From positions 186,001 to 250,000 of the forward strand of contig QPGO01000024.1 in NCBI GenBank assembly GCA_008632985.1: 64,000 nt of DNA, read 5' to 3'. Under the pieces are notes generated by a model. It saw only the letters and a list, made by a program, of their open reading frames with translations. It was not told the origin of the DNA and searched no databases. Positions 9,662-22,416 of this stretch are shown here, in pieces. This DNA is from Psammoneis japonica. Taxonomy: Eukaryota. How positions within the stretch are numbered: position 1 is the first letter of the stretch; every line of letters begins with the position of its first letter. The translations under genes were made by a program, and so were the position numbers.

Positions 9662-12241
9662 ATGGAACACGACAACGAAAACGAAAGTGCGGATTTGAAC
9701 GAGAAGAAGCCAGACTCGTCCTCTAACGCATGTCAAGATGCAAGATCATCAATGTCGCCGCTTCGGCGTCACTTGAATTCCATCGGAATAGGTGGTATTT
9801 TTCTAAGGCCGCCGCCACCATACATGTTGCCAGAAAACTATTTAGCAGCAACGTCACCAATGCCGCCAGCGCCTCAATTCAATAGTTGGGAGATTGTGGG
9901 GCGGATCAAGTCTTCTCCAGAGGATTTTGTGGTTCGAGAAGTTTCCGCGAAGAAGATCAATGTGGGAAAGCCTGCAAGATTATTCAAAGTCGCCGACTTG
10001 ATTCGACAGGATGCCCTTATCCCTCAAAGCTCAAAGGGGAAAACCACCAAAATTGTAGCAGCAGCAGCAGCAGCAGCAGAAAAAGAAGCGTCAAATCCTG
10101 AGAATGCCACCGACAGTGAGAAGAATAACGCTGCCGGCGTCAAGTGTGGAGAGCAGAAGATCGAAGACAGGCTGCCTCCTTTTGCCGTTGTTTCAAGAAT
10201 ATTGCAAGATACACATGGGGAAAGCAGCTCAGCTTTGTTGTCTTCGCTGAAATTGCTTCATCGTCAGGCACACGAACGAATCGCTTCTCTGAATCGCCAC
10301 AAAGAGCTGCACGTGGAAACGTTCCCACCGATGTGGATATCTCCAATACCAGATGTCGGTGATCGCGGGGCTTTCCATCGCGCCCTCAAAGTGGCGTTCC
10401 CCCTGCTTTGTTCAAAATCCATTAAACGAAATGACCAAGAACTCCATCCAAACGATAGAGAGAAAACAGATACTTGGATTCAAGTTTCCGTCGATGACTC
10501 TCTTTTTAGCCTTGCACCTCTCCTTCTTGAGCCTGAGGTAGATTTGCCGGCTGTATATCTTTTCCGCAACCGAGGCCATGAGGAAGGTGAGGACGGAGGC
10601 GTAACCTGCATACGAAATTCTGTCCTAGCAGAGGGAGTGCAAGTCTTCTCCGATTCAAAGAAAGCTAGACGCAGCACTTCCCAGGCCATTTTGAGACTTC
10701 GAAAAGGTTTGCCAAGAAACGAAAGGCGACAGATACACAACTTGATTGCAAAGTGGTGCCGTGACCTTGAGACGAGCACTATACCAACTTTTCGTCTCTC
10801 AGGAGACGCTATCAAGGCTAATGAAGAACAAAGTCAGAATCCCTTACAAATGTCAGGTGAAGAGGACACGACTGCAGCTGTGGTTGTGTCATGGTCAAAG
10901 AAGTCGTTGCGAAAGCGCAAACGGAGACAGTCTCGACACGATAGAAAGTCCGATGATGAGAGTGAACAAACTAACATTTTGTGCGTTCTGAAAAAGGTAC
11001 AGAAAGAGCACTTCAGTGCGATTCAGCAGTTGGCGACCGCACTTCGGTGTCGTCCCCATGAAATTGGTATGGCTGGCATTAAAGACATGCAAGCAGTGAC
11101 GTTTCAGTTTTGCACTATTCGCAATTCGACGCTGGAACGTGCGCATCAAGCAAACTCGTACTTGATGCGCAGTAACATCCAATTACAAGCAATTCACAAG
11201 GTGAATTGGATGCTGACACACGGTGATCTAGAGGGAAACAAGTTTGATATTATCGTCCGTGATGTGTCACGAATCAAGGTTGTATCTTGTACGAACTCTT
11301 CTAGCGTTGCGAGGGAAGAGTTGGTCGCTTGCACTGTTTCTCATTGCAACAAAATGGTGGAACGTATTCTGAAACATGGATTTGTAAACTTTTATGGTGA
11401 ACAACGACTGGGCAGTCCGGGGGACTCGGCTGATGTTGGTGTCCGATCCTTCGACATTGGACGAGCCATGCTACAGCAAGACTTTGAAAAAGCAGTTGAT
11501 CTTCTGATGGCGGGAAGAATGATCTGCAGAGGAGATACTGCTGAAGACGAAAAGGTTCGGCGAGCTCGACAAGTATGGAAAGAGAGTGGCGGAGATGCTA
11601 GCGCAACACTCAAGGCGTTGCCAGTTCGCCGCGAAAGTATGTCTCGTGAAAGAGTAGTTCTTCAGGGCCTGCGACACTATGGCAACGGGAATTTTCTTGA
11701 TGCGCTGAAATGTCTCCCCTTCAGTGCTAGAATATTTTGGATCAATGCCTATCAGTCATTTATTTGGAACTTGGTCGCGACGGAACGTATAAAGCGTTAT
11801 GGCACAAAGGTTGTGAGTGGGGATCTCTACGTAACCGACGGAGAGGGAGAAAACGTGATGCATGTTGTTGATGAAGAATGCTCAAGGAAGATAGCACTAT
11901 CTCAAGTTGTATTGCCTCTACCTGGCTACAACGTGAAATATCCAAAGAATGAGATTGGGGCATTCTATCAACAGGTTCTGAAGAGCGACGATATCACCTT
12001 TCGACGAGATGCTCCATTGGAAGCCACCGCCAAAGGCAGTTATCGACACGTTACGGCATTCGCGAGTGATTTGGAAGTTGAATACCTGGGAACCGATGGC
12101 TCGGCTACTTTTTGTGACGGCCCAACACATGAAAACGAAAGTATCGAAGACATGAAGCTCAGATTTTGTCTCAAGAAAGGGTCGTACGCGACGTCTTTCT
12201 TGAGGGAATTATTCTGCACAACGTGTGAAAGAGAATTCTAG
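9662..12241 (+). CDS. PUS7: Pseudouridine synthase TruD/PUS7 family
   Basis: IKSSPEDFVVRE, AGIKD (catalytic Asp), LEGNKF, GFVNFYGEQR, AYQSFIWN, GSYR, GSYAT; first ATG at 9662. Confidence 0.9.
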   Translation: MEHDNENESADLNEKKPDSSSNACQDARSSMSPLRRHLNSIGIGGIFLRPPPPYMLPENYLAATSPMPPAPQFNSWEIVGRIKSSPEDFVVREVSAKKINVGKPARLFKVADLIRQDALIPQSSKGKTTKIVAAAAAAAEKEASNPENATDSEKNNAAGVKCGEQKIEDRLPPFAVVSRILQDTHGESSSALLSSLKLLHRQAHERIASLNRHKELHVETFPPMWISPIPDVGDRGAFHRALKVAFPLLCSKSIKRNDQELHPNDREKTDTWIQVSVDDSLFSLAPLLLEPEVDLPAVYLFRNRGHEEGEDGGVTCIRNSVLAEGVQVFSDSKKARRSTSQAILRLRKGLPRNERRQIHNLIAKWCRDLETSTIPTFRLSGDAIKANEEQSQNPLQMSGEEDTTAAVVVSWSKKSLRKRKRRQSRHDRKSDDESEQTNILCVLKKVQKEHFSAIQQLATALRCRPHEIGMAGIKDMQAVTFQFCTIRNSTLERAHQANSYLMRSNIQLQAIHKVNWMLTHGDLEGNKFDIIVRDVSRIKVVSCTNSSSVAREELVACTVSHCNKMVERILKHGFVNFYGEQRLGSPGDSADVGVRSFDIGRAMLQQDFEKAVDLLMAGRMICRGDTAEDEKVRRARQVWKESGGDASATLKALPVRRESMSRERVVLQGLRHYGNGNFLDALKCLPFSARIFWINAYQSFIWNLVATERIKRYGTKVVSGDLYVTDGEGENVMHVVDEECSRKIALSQVVLPLPGYNVKYPKNEIGAFYQQVLKSDDITFRRDAPLEATAKGSYRHVTAFASDLEVEYLGTDGSATFCDGPTHENESIEDMKLRFCLKKGSYATSFLRELFCTTCEREF

Positions 12242-12263
12242 TAGAGAACTCACTTCAGTTTCT

Positions 12264-13382
12264 CTAGGTATACATCGTTTCTTGCAACAGAGCGCGACCC
12301 ATGTCTGCTATTGTCGCTGTGACTGATCGAAGTTGCACTCCCAACTCATCCTTAAGCCGATCCACCGCTTCCACTTCCTGCTCACCTATTTTTATCGCAC
12401 CGCCATCGAAGTCTGCATCAAAACATATCTTTTCACCGAGACCAGTTTCCTCAACAGCTTGCTTCAAGGCCTCTGCCATTTCATGGGACGGCACTCGAGC
12501 TTCTGATGACACGATATAACGTTGATTGGTAGCAATACCTGGATTGGTCCCTGCAGCTACATGCGCCTTCGCCACATCTCGCACATCCACGCACAACCGA
12601 CTCTGAACCGGTGATTTACCTGTGATCCAATCATTCACCAGTTTTATGGAATACGAATTACTCATTATTCCATCTGTGGGAGGCCCGAACACGAATGAAG
12701 GGCAAAGCGTCGTAATCGGAACGTTTAGATCTTTGGCCAGAGTCCAACTTTGACGCTCTGATTCGGCCTTTGACCATTGATAACTTGACCCCCAGTTATC
12801 TCCTAGCTTGGACTGAGTATTCCAATCCAGATGAGTATACGCAACTCCATTCGAGGGTGCCTGACCTGTCGCACGTACTGCAGCCATAGAGGAAGTCAGC
12901 ACAAGTCTACAGCCTTCGTATTTTGCAATGCTTTTGACCACATCAGCGGCGCCGAGTACGTTGTCCCGAGCCGTTTGAACATGATCGTCGGTGGGCCCAA
13001 ATACTGACGCTACATGGTAGACGCAACAGTTCACTGTTGCGTGTTCGGAGCCATACACAGCGTCCAAAGCATTGCATAGAGTCTTGCCCCCATCCAACAT
13101 ATCGTACGGCATAACAGTGACTTCGCCATCAGCAGATGTGCATTTCTTTCTCCAATATTCTTCTTCTTCGGGTGCGCGACCAGGACGAACCAGGCAGATT
13201 ACCTCCTGCTTTTCTTTTCGTCTGGAAAGTTGGCTCACGATCTCTCGCCCAAGATAGCCATTAGCGCCAGTGACAACCGAAACGCGTCTTCCTCCGACAT
13301 GTGGACCACTGCTCAAAGCGTTCGAGTTCAGAACGAAAAGTAGGACGAAAGAAGCAAGAATTACCGGATTCAACTTTCTCAT
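12264..13382 (-). CDS. NAD(P)-dependent epimerase/dehydratase (DFR/CCR-like extended SDR) with signal peptide
   Basis: VTGANGYLG Rossmann motif, HVAS, LTSSMAAV, YQWSK (YxxxK), VDVRDVA. Confidence 0.9.
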   Translation of the reverse strand: MRKLNPVILASFVLLFVLNSNALSSGPHVGGRRVSVVTGANGYLGREIVSQLSRRKEKQEVICLVRPGRAPEEEEYWRKKCTSADGEVTVMPYDMLDGGKTLCNALDAVYGSEHATVNCCVYHVASVFGPTDDHVQTARDNVLGAADVVKSIAKYEGCRLVLTSSMAAVRATGQAPSNGVAYTHLDWNTQSKLGDNWGSSYQWSKAESERQSWTLAKDLNVPITTLCPSFVFGPPTDGIMSNSYSIKLVNDWITGKSPVQSRLCVDVRDVAKAHVAAGTNPGIATNQRYIVSSEARVPSHEMAEALKQAVEETGLGEKICFDADFDGGAIKIGEQEVEAVDRLKDELGVQLRSVTATIADMGRALLQETMYT

Positions 13383-13869
13383 TTCCGATGAAGCCAACGG
13401 GGATAAACAGCCCTCTCTCTGCTTCCTCGAGTTTGTTTGGTTCCAGTCTAGTAGTCAGGATTCAGGATCGTGTGTGGGTGTCGGTGTCGAGTACTACTTT
13501 ATCTCTGCTACTGATGTGCTCAAGAGAAATAGAGAGTCTACTCTCTACTCTAGAGGGCCCCACAGTACCATAGACGACCTCGCTCTTGGCCTTTGACAGT
13601 GATGATGGTTGGTGTATCATGGCGGCGGCGAGATAGTCTACCGTACGGTCCTCCCAAGCCGGGAGTGCGCCGCGCACCGTGCGTTCCTACCCCGTAAATG
13701 CTCCCATAATTCCATAATTAAAATATATGAATATGTCTGACTCAGCAACGCCTCGTTTTCTTTTTTGTTTGACTCAGCCCTTCTTCACCTCACTTTTTCT
13801 CCATTACCAACTTCACATTTGTCTATCCCTGTCGTTCTCACATTTCCAATACGGAACGCGTAAAACACA

Positions 13870-14530
13870 ATGAAGTACACTAGCCTCGTTTCTCTTCTTC
13901 TCGTATCGTCGGCAACCGCCTTTGTGCCTGACGCCCGCATGGGTCGCGTTGAAAGCTCGCTGATGGCAAAGAAGCAAGCAACGTCTGAGTCGAAACCTCT
14001 TGCGAGTCGAATCTTCGATCTCGATCTCTTCGCCCCTGTTGCAGACCAGAATGATTTTGGTGCTCGTAGCAAAAAGAAGATCGTAACTGGAAAGATTACG
14101 GACTCGTCTTACGTGCCCTCGGGTCTTTCTAAAACTCAATACGAGAAGATTCGGGCCAACGAAAAGGCGAAGAAGGAGTCGAGGTACAAGGAGAAGATGG
14201 CAAAGGTACGTACGAACCTGAAGTCCGAAGTACAACAGTGCGATTTTATCTCGATCAATGCAAACTCAAAACACATGGCTAACTTTTTCCGTTTCTGCAT
14301 ACCGATAGGCCGGCATCTTCGAAGACTTCACTGCGTGGTACAAAGCTCGTGGCACCGACAGCGACGGAAAGTGGGTCAAGAGTGTGACTCGTGGTCACAC
14401 GATGGTGAAAACCCAATACGACTGGAGTGGAACTCAAGAAGCCAAGTCTTTCGCGAAGAATGTTGGGGAAAACAAGAACACCCCCGCGAAAAAGAAGGGC
14501 AAGAAGGTTTTGTTTGGAAAGAGCTTTTGA
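13870..14530 (+). CDS. Predicted plastid-targeted protein of unknown function (exons 13870-14205, 14309-14530)
   Basis: Signal peptide ending SSATA-FVP (ASAFAP-type); removing a GT-AG intron restores an open Lys-rich frame to TGA at 14530. Confidence 0.7.
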
Positions 14531-15280
14531 GTGTTCCAAGGTTGCCGCTCAATATCACTCAGTGCGGTAAGGCAAACGTAGAACATAATATAAATGGAAA
14601 GTCAATACTCATGAAAGGAAAAATAAAAGCAAGGTCTGATAAGCTTTTACCTCTTTTTAAAGTAGTGTGCAAATCCGATTCGACAACAGTTTCGCGCTTT
14701 ACCCGGATTGACTAGAGGTGTAGCTACATTTCTGCAGAGATATACTTGCAATTGACTTCAATTTGAAAACATCTCCAGAAATAAATGTTGAGGACAACGA
14801 AACAGGATCGTCCATGTTAGCACATAGTGGGTTACTACCAGTACTTTGCGTACAGCAGATAGGGAGATATTATCATTCCCTCTTCGTCTTACCGCAATCT
14901 GGCAGCGCAGTGCCAAGTAATCCAATTGATTACGAGTCTAGATTCAGCTGTCATGCCAACATCCATTCCTACTCTTAAATAGGCTCGACCACCATCACTC
15001 ATCACGACCATCATACGGTACATTCGCCCCGCACCGCCTCTTTAGTCTACTAGAAGTAGCTACTCTCCAGCTAGTAGTAGAGGCCTAGCAGTAGAGTGCC
15101 CATGCACCAGGCAGGCATCTCAATTTTCAATTTTCTGCTGTCTGTACGGTTACCTATTACCGCGTGCTGGGTGCGTCAACCGTGATTTTTACCCCCACTC
15201 TCCCTATTTGTCTATCCTGTATCGATTGTTGGAGCTAGTAGAAAGGAAGCAACTTGTGCAACGGGGTTTTGAAAAATACC

Positions 15281-16202
15281 ATGTCTGAAACAGCATCATT
15301 TGTGGATCCAGTGTTTTTGGCAAGGTTTGGTTTGTCTCGTGTCAATGTGTTGGACTATTTTTTGCATCCTCTCAATCCATTCCGAACCAAAGCAAACACG
15401 AGCAATGAAGTTTTAGGCATGCAGGGAATTGGTATCGGTACTCTAATGTCACAAGGTGTGACTTATGGCGGACACGGTGGGAATGGAGGTGGGCCGATGT
15501 CACTCCGAGAAGCAGAGGAAGAGTACAGGAAAGCTTTGTCTCGACTCACTGGAGAACAGTACGAACTTTTACCAGATGTCACAAGTATATCAGACGAAGA
15601 TAATATTCCACCTTCCCCTCTATTTACTATCCGGCACGTGATACGATCGAACCCAACAACGAGCAAGGTCTTAGCTATCTACTACGTGCTTGAGGGTGTC
15701 ATTTACAAGGCTCCTTCCGTTCGAGCACTTATGAAGGCCAACGTCACACGAACACTGGAGGGTGTAGCGGATGCAAGTCAAGCTTTGGGTGTATGTGCAA
15801 GGTATGTGTGCTCGACGGAATTACAGAATTGATTTGGTGTCAAACTATTCTTTCTTTGCCATTACGGTAGAAGACTTTGACGCGTGCTTTTCGTCCGATG
15901 GTAAATGTAGGTATCAACCATCAACAGGATATACATGGCAGTTTGAAAAGGATGACGATGAAGAAGGCGATGATCCTCCGGAGCTGTTAAAACAACACAA
16001 ACGCACAAAGCGACGAAAGGTTTTGGACAATCGCAGACCCGGAGAACGCACAGCTGAGGAGGAGGAAGGCATTCGTGCGTCGGAGGCGATCGACCGGATT
16101 CTCCTTCGGCTGGTAAAAAGTCCTTTGGTGGTTGGTGGTGGAGGGAGAGAGGATAGCGTCAAATCCGCATCAAATCCGTCTTCACAACGGAACGTTCCGT
16201 AG
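15281..16202 (+). CDS. MED6: Mediator subunit 6 (exons 15281-15801, 15911-16202)
   Basis: NVLDYF..PLNPF, LFTIRH, YYVLEGVIYKAP motifs; GT-AG intron. Confidence 0.85.
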
Positions 16203-16374
16203 CCACCAACGATAGATTCGTTAGCTTCTCGGTGATTGTGTCAATTGAAGCTATGTCATTTCTCTTCTTATAATGATATTATCGAGCGCATCTGAAACCG
16301 TTGATGGTATTCACAATGCAGCTGGCACAAATGACATCATCGACAACACGATCCAGTTTAACCAGAATTTGCTT

Positions 16375-17921
16375 CTATTTGTCACCCCCATCTTTGTTTT
16401 GCAGCGGTAGTACCGAGTTGACTTTTTCCTCCAGCGCCGACCCTCCGGCCTCGGGTTCCACTTCACATTGCACTCCAACCTGCATTGCGCAAAGCAAAAG
16501 AAAAACTTCACAATTAGTCACGAAGGATGACTCACCAGCCGGTGCAGCGACACAAACAGTACAAGACCATACTTACGAAATTTACAATGCAATTGTCTGC
16601 GTCTCTTAGAGCAGCGACAAAGAACTGATTCCAAAACGGCGTTCCATCTGCCTTGTAATTGAGGATGCAGGTCGTAGCATCCGAGCCGTTTGCAATGGCT
16701 GTTCGAATGATATCCACCGCTCTGGGGTCGGTACCAGGCCCCTGTAAGAATCGACAGTTTCTACCTAGGACTTCTTCTCGACTGTATCCAGTCAGTGCAT
16801 AAAATCCTTCACTTGCGTAAACAATAGGGTTATCAGGGAGACGCGGGTCGGACAAAACAAAGTTCTGCTGCCCAGACGTGAGACTCGAGATGAGACTGAA
16901 ATCCGATTTGACAAGTTCGGTTTGCTTCTGATGATCGGTCTTCGGAATCGGCTTGCCGGTTTCGACATCGGTGAAGAGCGGATTTTTTGCACAACACTCT
17001 GATATTATTTGCTGTGCGTGCTGCGGAATCTTCTCCTGCACCACCATGCGAAGCTCGACGTTCTCCTTCTGCAACTGGCGGACCTGTTCCTGGAGCGACT
17101 CCAACATAAACTTCTTCCGCACTCTGCTACGCTTTGCATGCTCGCGATTGCGCTGACGACGTTCAGCAACAGCTTGCTCCGACATTCCTGGGGCCTGCAT
17201 GCCCCCAGGCATGCCACCCCACATCATGTACTGGTTCTGATCAGCGGGTCGAACGCTTTGCTGTGCCGTTGCAGGGGCGACGCCTCCAACCCCACCAAGC
17301 CGAATACCTACCCCAACAGGAAGCGGAACGTTACCTGGAGGAGCTGCCGGTCCGGGAGGTGGTTGAGCGGCTCCAGTCTGAGGAACGGCAAGCTGCCCAC
17401 CGACCATCTGAAAGCCAAGACGTCCAGAAACTCCCTTTCCCTGGGTTGCACCGTCGACCCTAGCTTTCTTTTGAGAGGGTTCCATCGTCTGCGTCTGATA
17501 CTGCTGTTGTTGCTGCTGCTGTGGCACGGCCGTGCCATTTCCAACGCCAGCTGCCGGAGCAGCATGCCATGCGGTCTTGATACCTCCCGTTGGAAGAACG
17601 GGCGCCGGTGCCTGTTGCGCCGCGGCTTCAACTTGCTGCTGTTTTTGCGCTAAAGCAACTGCTGCAGCAGCCCCACTGTAATTCCCCATCGATCCCGTAT
17701 AGGCACTTAGAGGATCATCAAACTCACTGGCAAAGTAATCCGCAAAGATTTCATTCAAATCAATGTCATCACCGAGCTGATTATTCGTCCCCTGCGACAC
17801 GGGGGCAAACATGGGCTGCTGAAAAGCTGTTGAAGCGTACGGAAAATAAGAAAGACTAAGGTACCCCTTTTAATAAAAAACAACATGATGTTCCAATCCA
17901 ACGAAAACTTACCGTTTGCAT
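16375..17921 (-). CDS. AUREO: Aureochrome blue-light bZIP-LOV transcription factor, likely AUREO2-type (predicted exons 17921-17913, 17818-16577, 16479-16375)
   Basis: bZIP ERRQRNREHAKRSRVRKK followed by LOV DNPIVYAS..GRNCRFLQG..NYKADGTPFWN; splicing completes NF|VGVQCEV. Confidence 0.95.
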
Positions 17922-19033
17922 TGGACATTTTCCCAATCGTGTAAGTTGATGGCTGAAATGAAAATATTGGGCAAAGATGCCGAGAGTTCAAAATCCAACG
18001 TGCAAAAAAATGTTGAAGCTAAGAAATCCCCTTCAATCAATACGTAAGCCGGGCAAAAAAATCTTAAAGCAGAGAGTACTTTATGTCTTGCCAGCCAGCA
18101 ATCAAAGACACAGGATTGAGCAACCAAAGTCAGAACCGCAACAACAACAAACCAACCACAGCTAGAGGTTGAGGGTTGAGTCGGAGCGGCTTGAAGTTGC
18201 AGATCTGGATCGCCTTCCCGTCGGAACTTTTTTACGAAATGCTGACGTCGACACCCTCGGTATGTTTGTACGAGGTCCTACGTCAGGTCAACCGCCGTGA
18301 CGCGCTGCACTTCGCTGAGGAGGAGGAGTCAAGACGCGGGTATGTTGAGATGGACCGACCCGAATAGTGGACAATGAGATCAGTTTCCTTGGAGGAATGA
18401 ACGGAGACAGTATAGATCAGCTTCACAAACAACAATGGGGTGAAGAAAAGAAGTAAGTGGCGGTCAACTGACTGGAGACGGCAGCCTTTGGCATCGCTCG
18501 GTGTCTTTTTTGTCTAGGGCCCTATCTGCGGTTCTTAATCTTCTGCATGTTTGAGCGAGCATCTTTCGGAATTTCCCATCCGTTGCGTTGTTCGTCGTTA
18601 ATTAACTTCTTGATAGATGACGTCATATATCGAATTAAAGAGACATATTCACTATATTTATTCATAAAATTATTCCTCCTCTTAGAGCATATTCCATAGA
18701 TTAATTAAAGGTCTATTTTACTGCTTGAATATTTGAATAAAATAATATAAAATCAATTTTAAACATGTATTCAAATCTGTATATCCCTTAAAAAGACCAT
18801 GCTTCATTCGTTTCTTGTTCGTTCTTCGTTCACGCACGTGCGATTGCGCTGCGTTTCGCCCCTGTGTTTTTTGTTGCCACTGTCCATAACGTGAGCGAAG
18901 CCTGTTGAGCTTCAGAGGACAACCTGGAACCTGGACACCGTTTGTACGAAAGGAACTGCAGATATCATCTTCATAGCCTGACGACTACAAACTGAAATCA
19001 ATAAATTACGAGGATCCCGGGGGACCAAGAAAA

Positions 19034-21596
19034 ATGAATGAAGAGAATCGCGGTGTCGGCGAGGGTCTGAGTAATTCAAGAAGTGATAGTACGACTAGAG
19101 CAGATGCCGGTGGAGGCAACGACTTGGAAATCGCACGCGGTGACACTGCGAGAATGATCAACGGCACTTCTTCTGGTGTCATCCCGGGTATGAGCTCAAT
19201 TGATAGAAATATTCGTGATAATTCAGCTATTTCTGGAGACACAGCACGAGACCGCGTTGCTCATCCGCCAGGTGCTGCCGCTGCTCAAGGTGAAGACCAT
19301 CTGCATCGTCATCGTTCTTCTCGTGACACGCTTGATCATCGACCGGCTAGATTGCCATCTGCTCGAGGGCCTTTGGCGTCGCTTTCTTTTTCTCAGGCTT
19401 CGCACCAATCACAGCTTCGCAAACAAGCGCATGCTGCCGCTCCGATAGCAGCTAGTAGGTATGCTTCATCAGACGTCATGGGAAGCGAAGCAGCAGAAGC
19501 CAGCCATTTCAGTCGGGAAGGAGGTGTCAGCTCCTTTTCGTTGCGTTCACTGGAGTCAGAGTTCTCTGACAGGTCACGGGCGTCGCCTATTCATTCCTTT
19601 GCCTCTCTTGGAAACCATCCACCAGAAGAACGCTTGCCGCCTTCGTCCACCATCAACCTCAGCAGTGGTTGGTCTATTGTAGAAACGACTCGAGGAGTTG
19701 GCGGTGGGGCGCCTCCTTGCCAGAGGTCATTGCACACTGCCGCAGTATTGAACAGCTGCATGTATGTCTTTGGTAAGAACTACGCGTTTTGCACTGATTC
19801 TATGTTCCTTCTTTGCCCCGTATGGGAGTTTGCTCATTATCTTCTCGCCGTTGTTGATCACAGGAGGTTACGATGGACAGTCACGGGTGAATGATTTTCA
19901 CTGCTTCTCCTTTGCTGAGAAAAGGTGGAGTCCAGTACTCCCATCTGCAAACTCTGGGCGGGCGCCTAGCCCAAGAGATCGGCACATTTCAGTTGTGTAC
20001 GGCAATTCGTTTTATGTGTTTGGTAAGTCATCTCCGAGATGGACGCTCTAGTTCCCAATTAACATTATTTGCGGCAGCGTACAGTATACCGTCCCTGAAT
20101 TTCTCACTTTCAGTGGTTTCTTGCTTCAGGTGGATTTGACGGCACGTCCCGGGTGTCGGACTTCTTCGGCTTTGATTTCAGTTCCATGTCGTGGAGAGAG
20201 ATTCTCCCTTTGACAGGAGATCCTCCTTCACCGCGGCATTCTCACGCCGGTGTCGTCCATGGACACTCCATGTATGTGTTTGGCGGATACGATGGGTCCT
20301 ACAGGTGAGGCACGAAAACTAATTGCATTCTTTCAATTCGAAGAACCGTTTTTCAACTCTTCTTCTGTATTGTCAGGTCGGATTTCCACGAGTTCGACTT
20401 CAGCACGTCCAGCTGGAATGTCATTCCTGCCGCAGGACGGTTGCCGAGGGCTAGATATCGGGCTACAGCTGTAGTTCACAAGAATACGATGCTACTCTTC
20501 GGTGGTCACGATGGCACTCGGCACCTAGCTGACACGCACAGCTTTGACTTTGAAACCCGCATTTGGTCTGCTGTTGTAACGGAGGGGCATCCACCCATTC
20601 CGCGTGATTCGCATGTAAGCGTCGTTCACGGAAACCATATGTATGTTTTCGGTGGCAGTACTGGAAGCGCTATGGCAGACGCTCATGATCTTACTCTTCC
20701 CGCCGACCCTGCGGCACCGGCAAAGTGGTGAGTGCTTGATTTTTTTCACCTTAAACCGCGCTGTAGAACATCTTCAATTTGATTAATATTATATGTTTTC
20801 GACTTGCCAAACCCCTTGAAGGCGCCAGCTACAGACAACCGGATCCAATCAACCTGGCCATCGCTTTTGCCATGTAGGCGTGGTTTTCAGGGATGCCATG
20901 TTTGTCTTCGGTACGTCTCCGCTATGTCATGTGGTATCCTTCTGATTTACCTTGCTATATCATTCACTGACGTGGATCTTTTCGTTGTTTTTAGGAGGAT
21001 ACGATGGCTCCACACGTCTCAACGACTTCTACAGGTTTGATTTTCCAGTAGACGATCTCACGTTCGAAGTCCCTCCTTCGACCATCCTGTCCGACCTCCG
21101 GGCGTTTGTAAATGATGAGACGCTGTCGGACGTCACATTTATTGTTGAGGGACAGCCTGTGTATGCTCATAAGCTTATGCTCATGCGGTGTTCTTACTTC
21201 AGAGCTATGTTTACTAATGAAATGATGGAAGCGCACCAATCCACAATCCAGCTTCCGCAAGTTCGGCATCCGGTCTTTTTGTCAATCATGGAGTTTCTCT
21301 ATACGGATTCTTGCGCGATTTCGCTAGAGTCAGCCATGGATCTGTTTGTTGCTGCTGATCTTTTCTGCATTCCTCGACTGAAAACGATGTGTGAGAAGAG
21401 GATGCTGCAGAGCATTACAGTCGAAAACGCCGCGACCATTTTTCATGCGGCAGATCTGCACTGCGCATCTGCCTTGAGGCACAAGACCCTTCGATACATT
21501 CTATCTCATTTTGAAGCTGTGTCAAAGACAGCTGCCTTTGAAGAAATGGCGAGGTCAAATGTGGAACTAGTGTTTGATATTCTTAAAAGTCGGTAG
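19034..21596 (+). CDS. Kelch-repeat + BTB/POZ protein (LZTR1-like), multi-exon
   Basis: Repeated R..H......MYVFGG.DG kelch units split by introns; C-terminal SDVTFIVEGQPVYAHKLML BTB domain. Confidence 0.9.
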
Positions 21597-22209
21597 TCTT
21601 AAAACAATCATTAAAAAAACACTATTCCAGTTGTTGCGGTCGGAACACGGCACCATACTCATCTACTACTCTAGAGCTAACTCTATCTAGAGTAGAGCAC
21701 TACTTACTGCCGTACAGGGTAGAGAGAGAGTTACGCTTACAGGTATTTGATTTGGACCCGCCGTGCCTCTTGCTCTACGTAGGTAGCTCTACTCTCGCTC
21801 TAGAGAGAGCTACTTCGTACTCTAGAGTAGCTAGTTGAGAGCTCCACTCTCCACTCTAGACTCTACTACTACAACTTAGTAGCTAGCTAGAGTAGAGAGA
21901 GTACAGTGCCGCTACTCTACCGGTAGAGATAGAGTACGGTAGAATAGAAAGTCTTGGGGCAGACGAAGTGACGTGCGAGTCTGACGAGAGCGACGTACGG
22001 TCAACATTCTTCATGCATGACCGACGGACGCGTGGAAGATGCCCTTTCGCACACAAATCGAACATACAGCGAACGTGATGGCGACATGGTAGAGCGTGGT
22101 CTCATTGATAGATCATTCCGGAGCAACAAACGTGTTGATGTCGCAAAGGTTTACATATTCTTCTAGTTTTGACGTTGATTGCTTTGTGTGTGACCTGAAG
22201 TTTGATTGA

Positions 22210-22382
22210 ATGATAATGAGATTCAACAGGAGCGTTGTTGCGTTCTTTTCAGCGGCTGCTCTTACCGCGTCTTTCCCTGATGTAGCTGCTAATTCTGGCG
22301 GAGCGCCAATGGCTACAACACCGGGCTACAATTATTACCAGCAGCACCAGCAGTGGAACGGAAACGATCAACAGCCGCAGCC

Positions 22383-22416
<34 letters not shown>

